Assembly (NCBI RefSeq): GCF_001194135.2
Contig: NC_068982.1
Span: 48,353,632 to 48,417,631, forward strand
Source of the DNA: Octopus bimaculoides
Taxonomy: Eukaryota
DNA length: 64,000 nt
Direction of reading: 5' to 3'
Part shown: positions 53,409-64,000 of the stretch, in pieces
How the letters are laid out: every line of letters begins with the position of its first letter
Numbering within the stretch: position 1 is the first letter of the stretch
Made by a program: the position numbers and the translations under genes
Notes under the pieces: generated by a model
The model's database searches: none
What the model was told of the DNA's origin: nothing
The model's input: only the letters and a program-made list of their open reading frames with translations

Positions 53409-55579
53409 CATACCAAAAAACCGTGACTTTGGGTTTTTACCAAAGTTTAAAGAAATGAAATTCCAGCTTCTTTCTGTAAGACTTTGGTCATACTCCCCTC
53501 TAGAGTTTAATATATACAATTTGATATCAATGACTCTGTCATCGTTCATATTTTGAGCAGAAGTAAGATCCAGGCATTTGGAGAATTCGGCATTGATAAA
53601 AGAGATATGACTGGAATTAAAAGGAGTCTTGAGAGCTTTTTCTAAGATTTGTGATATTTCTTGACAAAAGTCAGATTTGTTTTGGCAGAACTGGTACCAA
53701 GAGGTAGTTACACGAACTATGATGTATGATGGTATATGAGGTTTCCTTGTGGTGAATGGCACCAAAACTGTGCTTAAGACCAAAACTGGGATTTGTGTTG
53801 TTCCCAATCTCTTTCCAGTTGATGTGAATGGAAATGTCGTTGTGTCTGGTAATGGAAGAGGTGGGGAAGTTGATGATGCAACAAATGTAGTTGTGGGTTT
53901 AAAAGAGGTTGGTTTACTAGTAGTGGTTGTAGTAGTAGAAGTAGCAGTAGCAATAGTAGTAGTAGTTGTAACAGTAGTAGTTGAAGTTATTGCTTTTGCT
54001 ACTGTGTTTACAGTTTTTGTAGCTTTAGCAGTGGCCTTAGCAGGAACAGAAGCTGTACCATGTGATGTATTAAAGTCAGTGGTACTAGAAGCAGAAGTAA
54101 TAATTTTTCTAGTTGTAGGAGTTATTGCAGATGAAGTGGGAATGAAAGTGGTTGTACTGGAGCCATTAGTATATTTGGGCACACTGTTTGTTTTTGAAAA
54201 TATGCTAGACATTAGAATTGATGTTGTGTAGGGTTTTGTTATTGAACTAACTGTTGAATTTGGGTGCGTAACAACCCCCTTAGTAGTTTGTATGTTTGTT
54301 TTATTTGTCACTGAAGTATCGACCTTCTTTGATGTTGGGCTGATACTTGTCATTGCTAATGAATCATGAGTCAAGTTACCTTTAAAATTATGGGTGGTTT
54401 TTATGTTTTTATTTGTGGTTGTTGGTTGGGGTTTTGGTGTAGGTTGAGTTTTTAAAAATGTAAAATGTGTAGAATGGAAGGATGGAACTGATGAAGACAA
54501 AAATGTGGAAACATGCTTAGGTTGATCTGAATTTTTGATTGGAAGGAAAGTTGATTGGAGTTTGGCATTATGAGTCAACAATTTGCTAGGGATTCCTGCT
54601 ATTGTTGTTTTGCTATAAGGAAATTTAGAGCTTTCTTTCTTTTTCTCTATTGTTGAAAATTTAGCCTTTGCTAATACACTTGACGGTAGTAGTTTAGAGT
54701 TTTTCAAATGGGTTGCCAAGCGGTCTTTGTCAGTATATACACTTCTACTAGTTTTATGAACATGAGTAGTATCTTGTTCAGCTATACAATGCAAGCAGAC
54801 TGTAGATGAATGCACTAAAGGGGAAGTAACTGTTTTAAGTAACTTTTTGGTAGGAGATGGCTTCTTAGAAACATTAATTACATTTTTAGCTGAAGAGGGA
54901 ATATTTTGTGAAGTGTTTTCCCATGATGTTTTTGATATGTTTGGTAATTTAGAAGTTTTTGGCCGGAATTTGTTATTTTTAATGGACATCAATGTGGTGG
55001 GGATGTTTTGATTGCTACTGCGATGAGTTCCATTCACATGTGTATGTCTTGTTGGTTTTGTAAGTATAATATTAGTGTTTTCCTTCAGTTGTTTATCTTT
55101 AGCTGTTTGCTGCTGGTAACTTGCAAAGTCTACAGTTTTTGTGCTAGAATTTTTCAATCTCGGTGGAACAGAATGCATTGTTGTATGGACATAATTAAAA
55201 TCTTTTGAAACAGTTTGGTGTTGTGAGTTTTCTTGTTTATCTTTCACTGTATCCTGGAGATGATGGTTTTTTACATGAGAAGATTGTGTTGTAGTTCCTG
55301 GATTTGTTTTGCTTGAATTAATATTGTTTGACCATTGACTAAATTTTTTAAATTGTGTCATATTAAGGCTGTTTGTTGTTTTTTTGGAATCAAACTTGTG
55401 AGGCTTTAACGACACTGTATCTTTCATGAGTTGACCATTTCTGTTACCTTGCGAGAAAGGATAGTCTGTAGGATGACTTGGTATGGAGTTATTCCTTCGT
55501 TGGACAAGGAAGCCTAAGGATAGTGGCTTCACCATTGGCTCAGCAAATGTTTGACAAAATATTATTATCAAAAGGATAG
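53409..55579 (-). CDS. Receptor PTP large extracellular exon (2171 nt): C-terminal part of signal peptide, mucin-like Thr/Ser/Lys-rich stalk, SEA-like membrane-proximal module
   Basis: 732-aa ORF 53373-55571. Acceptor ttctttctttacag| before 55579 (phase 1) gives xILLIIIFCQTFA-EP, a signal-peptide h/c-region. Thr runs such as TTTVTTTTTIATATSTTTTTTS. Donor GGTATG|gtaaga at 53409 (phase 0) joins the TM exon in frame. Confidence 0.85.
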
Positions 55580-58500
55580 CTGTAAAGAAAGAAAATGAAT
55601 AAGTATAATTATATAATTATATAAATTATAACAAGTGATGGCAGTTATAACAAAATGTTTGTAATGAGGAAAATAAAAACCAAATGAAAATACAAATATT
55701 ATGATGTTATTTTACAGTATTGATAAAACTAAAATATAGTGCATCCAATTTTAGACATATGTCAGTCTCATAAACCATCTGATATATTGAAAATATAGTT
55801 TCCTCTTAAAACTTTTTTAAGATCAAATGTCTAAGATGTGTTGTTGTTTATAAGATTACAATTCTCTTAACACTTAACCTTGTTGCAGTCTATATTTACA
55901 ATGCTTTTTTATCTATACTATGTTCAATTGGTTTGATCTCATTTCTGGATGTATACACAGTCTTGAACTAGATACAGACCAGGAAACTTTATCTATAAAA
56001 TGAAGGAAATAATTTTCTTGTACATTAGGTCACTGATACAAATATAATTTTAATAATTTGAAATATAATCTTAATTATATATAATCTTTTCCATAATTTG
56101 TTATTTTCATGTCAGTTTTAATAGTAATTTGATGTCATGTTTTATAATTTCTTCTAAACTTCAGCTTCAGTTCCGAGACACAACTACAAATGAAACTACA
56201 AAATTATCACTGTAAATCTTTTCAAATCACAAGAGTCATACCAAAAAACATCATGTATGTAAGCTCTCCAGAGTTAGCTTTATAAATGTGCTAAACATGC
56301 CTCATTTATTTGAATAGAAAATGATTGAATAGTGCCTGATGTATTTATTTCACTTGTAAATAATTTTAATTGTTGTTCTCCATTTTAGAAAGTAGGTAAA
56401 TCAAATTACCAATTTATACTTAGAATCTCAAGGGAATTTGAAGTATCAACCTGGTAATGAATGTAATTGGAAGAAAATGTTTGATTTGACTTCTACTTAA
56501 CACTTCTGAAAACATTGTTTAAAACAAGTTTGCCATGTTTACTTATGGTATGGAATTAGTGAAAAATAAAAATAAATGTTTGTTTCTAAAAGTTGCTTTT
56601 GAGTGGAATGATTAGAAATGATGTAAAAAATTTTTATTATTGAGAATGTGAAAAGGAGATAAAATTTATGTAGGAAGACATGCCAAGAAAGAGATTATTC
56701 AGAGGCAGAGACAATTAAGTATAGCTTTAAGAACCTTAAAGGAAAAAATATGACAAGAATGACAGGATTAACAAAAACAACATGAAATATAATGGAAAGC
56801 TGTTATAAAGGTATCAAAATTTCAGAATGTTATTATTGTTAAATACTCCCAGTTAGCTCAGATTATGTAATGCTCAAAGTAGGAGAAACCTACGAAAATT
56901 TAGTAAAAAAATAATCTATCTACTGGCCATGTGGTTTAGAAGTTCACTGAGCAATGATGTGATTCTGGGTTCAAGCTCACAGAACAGTGCCTTGGGGAAA
57001 TGTTTCTATCATAATCTTGGATCAACTAAAGTTTTGTGAGAGAAATTTGGTAGAAAGAAAATGGTCAAGTCTTCTAGATGAGGTGTACCTGTACAAAGGT
57101 ATTAAATTTAATCTACTACCTGGTTTAACACTACCACCTTAATTCATGGGTGCTGTTAATGGAGTCTGCTCTATTACAAGTAATCAGGCAAGTTCTTTGG
57201 CCAAATGCTAATCTATAAACCATGGTTTAATATTGTTTTGCTCCTCTACATTTAGAGGTTCTGCAAAATGACACGTGGGTATTACCCTTTCTCCTTTCAC
57301 TAACCAATAAGAACTTTATAAAATCTCAGTGAAATATTGGTTGGTTAGCATTAGCTAGCTGGCAATAATTTGGCAAGGCCATTAAAGCATTTGGTAGAAT
57401 GCCTCAGTGTTTCTTTTGAATCTCTGCATTCTGAGCTCAAACACTTTTAAAGTCAACTTTACATTTCACCCTCTTTGGTGACTATTTTTAGAGGGCATCT
57501 ATGAAAAAGTTCCCTCATTAGCTTAACTAAATAGTGGTAACTTCATCTTTTAAAATTCTAAGTTCAAATCTTGTCGAAGCTGATTTTTCTTTTGCCTCTC
57601 TAGAGGTCAGTAAAATATGCAATATTGAAATAATTAAATCAATATTCAGCATGATTCAGAAATCTCTGGCATCTAAATAATATATAAATTTTATATATTA
57701 CAGTTTTGTTTTTATGTATTCTTAATACTATCTTTGCTATTTTCTTGTGAACAATTTTGGAACATATATATATATACTATTGAATCTTGGGAGGGGCATT
57801 ATGCTGATAATGGTAAACACACACACTGGTTCAGTCCTTTGTTATTATTGTTAGATAATGGTTTAGTTACTCCATTAACCAATTTATTGATCAGCCATTT
57901 TTTACTACTTTTTCAAACTCATATGTTAAACACTTTGGTCAAACAGTTAATCATTCAAATGATCACTATTGTTAGTGTTGTCATATCTTTTTTCGTCAAA
58001 TAATTATTTCAGCACATTGTTGCAATCTCTTCATTGACACGTCTCTCTACTTCCATTTCTTTTGAACTGATGTTCCAGCATTGGGATTCATCCGAGATCT
58101 GTCTGATATGAGTATGTGAGTGTGTATATGCCTGCATGTGTGTGTTTTTATACATAAGTGTTTTCATCCGTATGTGTGTGTGTGTTTTTTAAATACTATG
58201 TCAGTTTTCCTATACGTAAGATAGCAGTTTTGGTTTTCTCTTTGTTTTCTTCGTAAACACACATTCATCCATATACGTTTCTCTCAAAGACAGTTAAACC
58301 ATCTTCTTTGTTTGATAAATGTTGAATAATTTGATATCTATCTGTGCATGAGCATGGGTATGCGTGCACGTGTCCATGTGTGTATGGGAGGGCATGTGTG
58401 TACAAGGGTGTGTGGCTGGGCTGTGTTTGTGTGTATGAGTGTGTGTGAGTGTGTGTCTGTATCTCAGTATGTCTTTATGTGTGTGTATGTTTGTGTGTTT

Positions 58501-59739
58501 GTGTGTACTTCTGTAAGCATGTTTCCATGTGTGTATGTATGCGTATATGTGTGTGTGCATGTTAGAAAATTGTCATTATCAAAAGATGAGAGAATATTCA
58601 TTATCCAAAAAATGGCATAATGCTAATCCTGGCATAAGTAGTTAAACAGCCTAGAATGTCCCAGGAAGTTAGCAGTTTGAAGAGCAAGACTGTAGGCCAA
58701 GCTATTCTGAAATCCTTAATCCATGGTAGTCAACAGAGGGGACTAAGATAATGAATGTAGTGGAAAGGTTGATGAAGACTGTGGCAGGGAAATAAGAGGT
58801 GAAGGAAGAGTAGAGAGAGAAAGGGTGAGAGGGAAATGAGATGTATATTGAAGTTTACTCTCTTCACTTAGAGAGACTTTTGAACTGTACTGTATAATCA
58901 ACAATGCCTATCTCTCAAAATTTGTAATGTTAGGTCATAACAGGTAAAGTAGATAAAGTATAAGAAATCCTAACGAGTTTTCTTTCTAACAAATAAATTC
59001 CAAGAATGAAGAGATATTATAACATTGAAAACTTAGTAAAATTCAATTTGTGCTTTTCTTCAAAATCATAGAATGATGTATTCTTAACAAAACCAACGAA
59101 AACATTCTTCTTTGCACCTTAAGATGGCATTTGATTTTATTACTTGCATTCCAATTATCTGAAACATACTCAGCATATCATATGGAATGCAACCAGAAGA
59201 TATCTTGCAAACCACTTTTCTCAATTTCAAGATAAAGTATTCGTTAAAGCTAAGAAATCATGGATCAGTGTCTAGTAAGAATCTGTGCTTTTATTTCTCT
59301 TCTTCTTCAGCTTTTATTTATGTAGTGTATCAGTTTTTCTACTTTGTGACAACTTTCCTACATACTTGGACCACTCTATGCAGATGACATTTAAATCGCA
59401 TCCACTCTCAAGACACCAGAAACAGCTGCATACAAATTCCAATCATACATAAAACAAGATGGAATTCTGGTCTCAAGATATTCCACTGATTACATTACAG
59501 CAAATAAATCACAACATGACACTTCATGAACAGGATAACGAAACATGCTTTAATGATATTCAAATAATGACACTCCTAAAATAACTAAAATACTTGGTAG
59601 GATATACAATGACTTAATATTATTCATACAGCTCAGACTACAGAAAAACATGATCACTAACAGCATTTAGGAAATATACATAATACATTGCATTTATCTA
59701 TAAATATATCGAGTTCATCATAGACTAAATAAATCTTAC

Positions 59740-59773
59740 CTAATACCTCCATATCTCTCATACAAAATTCCAT
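59740..59773 (-). CDS. Candidate first coding exon B of the PTP gene (MEFCMRDMEVL|gtaaga)
   Basis: Donor AG|GTAAGA in phase 1; splicing to 55579 gives MEFCMRDMEVLAILLIIIFCQTFA. No transcript support available. Confidence 0.22.
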
Positions 59774-61870
59774 ATAAAATCAATCTCATAAAGAATATAC
59801 TTTTTTTTTTAGTTTTCTTTCTATTCTTCTTTCTTCTGTTATTTATTGGACTACAGTGGTGTTTGGGCAATGACCTCAAAGAGTTTAGTTGATTATGAAC
59901 ACTAGTTATTTTATCAATCTTGGAGGAATACAACACATGAAATCAACTAGGTATAATTGGAAGCAGCCATAACTTAATACTACAAGGTATTTGTCACATG
60001 AACTTCATTTTGTTCTTAAATGCCTGCACAGCCACAACTACACACACACACAGACACACATACATAAATATTCATATGGCTGTGTAGTTAAGAAACTTGC
60101 TTTCAAACCATGTAGTCTTGGGTTCCGTCCCTCTGCACATCATCTTGGGCAAGTATCATCTACTAGAACCCAGGCAAACCCAAGCTGTGTGAGTAGATTT
60201 GGTAAATGGAAATTGGAAGAATTCCATCATATATGTATGTATATATCTACATGCATATGTCTTTTTGCGTTTGTCCCCCAGCCTCGGCTTTACAATCAGT
60301 ATTGGTCAGTTTATGTTCTCATAACTTAACAGTTTGGCAAAAAGAGATCAATATAATAAGTACCAGGTTTTAAAACCAAATACTGGGGTTGATTTGTTCA
60401 ACCTAAACCCGTCAAAGTGATGCCCCAGCATGGCCACGGTTTAACGACCAAAACGAATAAAAGATAAAAAAAAAAAGTCACAAACAAGCCATTAGCACTT
60501 TTACATACTTTACCATTATTTTTTAATGGCTTAGCAGCATATAGATTTCATTGATTACTTATTATCTGGATTTTTTTCCTTTTTAGTGTTAAAGCACAAG
60601 GACATGGTAAGTTTAACATAGATAACTCTTCATTTAAAACTTCTTAATGTAAAATGTAACCTTTCTTCGCAGAGATGCACTGTAAAGTTTTGAGACTTAT
60701 TTTAAGAAAAAACCAAGTAGCCTCCTTGATACAAGGAAATATGGTACTAAGCAACAAAAACATGCAAGTTTCTGATTTTACTGGTGTTTTTATTCATTCC
60801 AGAATGATAGAAATAATGTGTACTTTCATTCTTCATAGAGATATGTATATGTTAACTATGTAAGAGAGAAATAAACAGAATCACAACAGTAGATTAAGAA
60901 ACCTGTTAATATCTTAGCAGTAATGGAAATTTTGCCAAATAGTGGTGGTGTACGTACTAAAGACGTTAAAAAAAACAAAAACAAAAAAACATTGAAATTG
61001 TTCGGTTGCAGTGAAATATTCTTGATAATAAATGTTAAACTGAGCTGAACAAAATATTGCTATGGTTGCATTAAAGATATTTGTGAGAACAGTTCTGAGA
61101 TCAAATCTTGAAGAAGTGAAAGCTGTTTTTCATACTTTAAAGTTTGATGAAATAAAGTCAAATATTAGAGTCAGTTTAAGTCAATTGTTGCCATGTTCCA
61201 AAATGAGCGACCTTGTACTGATTTCAGAAATCAATATTTGAAAAATCTATATAAAGTTTCCTTCTTTGTTAAGAAAATATATAGAAGCCCGTCGATAAAA
61301 TGCTGTGATATCACACACACACACACCCACACACACATGCGTGGTTGTGTGATAAGAAGCTTGCTTCCAAATTATGTGCCACCTTGGGCAAGTGCCTTCT
61401 ACTATAGCCCACGGCCAACAAAATCTTGTGAGTGGATTCGGTAGAAGGAAATTGAAAGAAACCTGTTGTATACCTTTATTTGTGTTTGTGTTTGTCTTCC
61501 ACAGCTTGACAACTGGAGTTGGTTTGTCTCTGTCACTGAAACTTATGTATGTGTGTATTCTAGAAGCTCTCAGGAAGCTATAAGCACTCAGCTCTAAGTG
61601 CACTGCATCTTATAGTAGAAATAGCTGTTAGCTAATGAAGCTCATGCACACATCATCATAGATGGATACAAGTATATCAAGTCATGCCTGGTAAGTTAAC
61701 CAACACCAGTTCATTGGTTTTTTTTTTTTTTCAATGAAATAGTTTTTAACTATTAATTGTGAGATACTATGGATATATTTTCTTAGTAAACTTTTCTCAT
61801 GGTGAACTTTCTTCATGGTAAATTGATGGTGGTGAACTCTCCTACAATGAATTGATGGCAGTGTACTTAC

Positions 61871-61880
61871 CTGCAATCAT
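61871..61880 (-). CDS. Candidate first coding exon A of the PTP gene (ATG ATT GCA G|gtaagt)
   Basis: Consensus donor CAG|GTAAGT in phase 1; splicing to 55579 gives MIAAILLIIIFCQTFA. No transcript support available. Confidence 0.3.
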
Positions 61881-63069
61881 ATCAAATATCATACAACACA
61901 AATTCTGGATTTATAAACATTTTCTGAACCTCAACAGAATACCTCTACTGCCAATGATGACTGAGAAGGAGAAGATAAGATAATCTCAAGAATCAAGAAT
62001 TTTCCAAAGTTCACATACCAAGAAGGAAAAGTACAAGCTTTTTTCCTGGAGATAAAAGGACAATCATGAATACATGTTTCTGTAGGTACCATCTATTGCC
62101 CTGTCTTAACTCCAACAACCAAGGTAAGGATATAATCCGTGAATAGAGACACCAAATATAATAAGCAAAACTAGAATTTCAGTCTGGTCTAATTCAAATG
62201 TTATTTCTTCAAAAATACTCAGGAAATAGAATACCAAAATAGTATTGAAATAAATAAATGGTATGTGAATATATGTGATAAAAATCTTTCCCTTAGAAAA
62301 CCCTTTAAATGTGAAAGGCAGATATATCTGCCCAAAATTTTATTTTATTGTACCCCATCTTCCCATCTGAGAGCTTTTTGTCTTGCAAGGTACGTGGTGA
62401 CCCTGTCAGTGCTAGTGCCATGTAAAATGTATTGGTACTGGTGCCACATAAAAAGCACTGGTGCTGGTGCCACATAAAAAGCATCTAGTACACTCTGTAA
62501 AGTGGGTGGTACTTGGAAGGGCATCCTGCTGTAGAAACTATACCAAAACAAAGAATGGAGACTGGTGCAGCTCCTGTCAAACTCTCCAACCCATGTCAGC
62601 ATGGAGAACAGATGTTAAATGATGATTAACTATAGAAAGCAGCTTTACTCCATGGTTTTGGGGAAAAAAAACAAACCTTTCCTTAGGCTGAAAAATGTGG
62701 AGACACCCCCAATGACACTTTTTACAAAGAACAATTTTTCAGATTTTCATAATTTTTTCACAGATTTTATCAAATATCTCTTTACAGAGCAAAAGAATCA
62801 AATACTTTTTGTAATGGATATGAAAACTGTACCAACAGGAGATACTGGAAAAGTATTGCAGAAGCAGAAAATATCAATTCTATTTTATGATGAATAATTA
62901 ACATTATAGGAATGACCAGGAAATTTAATTAGGCAGTCAAAAGGTTAAGAAGCTAGCTTTATAGCTACATGGTTTCAAATTCAGTCCCACTGCACGGAAT
63001 TTTGGTCAAGTATCTTTTGCTGTAGCCCCAGGTTGACTAGTGTGGTGAGTCTAAGTAACAACCATAGTA

Positions 63070-63455
63070 CTCTTTTACTCTTTTACTTGTTTCAGTCATT
63101 TGACTGCAGCCATGCTGGAGCACCGCCTTTAGTTGAGCAAATCGACCCCGGGACTTATTCTTTGTAAGCCTAATACTTATTCTATCGGTCTCTTTTGCTG
63201 AACCGCTGAGTGACAGGGACATAAACACACCAGCATCGATTGTCAAGCAATCCTAGGGGACAAACACAAACACACAAACACATATATATATACATATATA
63301 CGACAAGCTTCTTTCAGTTTCCGTCTACCAAATCCACTCACAAGGCTTTGGTCGGCCCGAGGCTATAGTAGAAGACACTTGCCCAAGATGCCACGCAGTG
63401 GGACTGAACCCAGAACCATGTGGTTGGTAAGCAAGCTACTTAACACACAGCCACT
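63070..63455 (-). mobile_element. Well-preserved SINE family A copy
   Basis: Reverse complement of the family A structure with head and tail both present. Confidence 0.85.
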
Positions 63456-64000
63456 TCATTATGAGGGTCGAGATATGTCGTGCATTGCTATACTCAAGAA
63501 AGACCCACCCACAACAACCCAACTGAGATCCTAAAACCAAGATGCCATATAAAAAGCATTGGTGTAGGTGCTGGTGCCACGCAAAAAGCACTGGTAATGG
63601 TGCCATATAAAAAGCGTTCAGTTCACCCTGTGGAGTGGTTGGCATTAGGAAGGGCATCTTGCTATAGAAAGTATGCCAAAACAGACCATGGAATGTGTTG
63701 TGGCCCCTGGCCTTGCCAGTTCCTGTCAAACCATCTAACTCATGCCAGCATGGAAAACAGACATTAAATGTGAATGATGATGATGATAGTAAAGGTGGTG
63801 AGCTGGCAAAATTGGTAGCAAGCCAGACAAAATACTGCCAAGCATGTCATCTGTCTTTGCATTCTGAGTTCAAATTCCACCCAAGTTGACTTTTCCTATC
63901 TTTTCAGGGTCAATGATATAAGAACCAGGCATTGGAGCTGTTGTAATCCAATAGCACCCCTCCCTTCAAATTTCAGGCCTTGTGCCTATAGATGGAAGGA

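Noticed and set aside
53749-54231. 160-aa Val-rich ORF on the + strand
   Set aside because: Antisense shadow of the Thr-rich exon: ACN codons read as Val/Gly-rich and stop-free on the other strand.

Overview
AT-rich, repeat-dense animal genomic DNA from a gapped draft assembly. The SINE families and the long (TA)n/(CA)n/(TAA)n tracts look like octopus or another coleoid cephalopod (my recognition, not verified). The whole window lies inside one minus-strand gene for a receptor-type protein tyrosine phosphatase. Six exons splice in frame with canonical AG/GT sites: 55579-53409 (end of signal peptide, long Thr/Ser/Lys-rich mucin-like ectodomain, SEA-like membrane-proximal module), 31283-31161 (TM helix), 29671-29516 (juxtamembrane), 22965-22885, 12924-12843 (KNRYIDVLP) and 3259-3183 (PETRVKL...SDYINANFIT). 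The ILPxP-type motif points to the PTPRR/PTPN5/PTPN7 (R7) subtype. The catalytic WPD and HCSAG motifs are not in the window and the first coding exon is uncertain. The introns contain many tRNA-derived and RTE-tailed SINEs, two decayed maT/DD37D-like Tc1-mariner transposases, a pogo/Brinker-type transposase fragment, a HERO/R2-superfamily retrotransposon relic, several MITEs and long inverted repeats. The most interesting non-coding signals are several hammerhead-ribozyme-like motifs (Penelope-like context), one of them next to a head-to-head tRNA-like palindrome. No prokaryotic-type system or CRISPR array is present.
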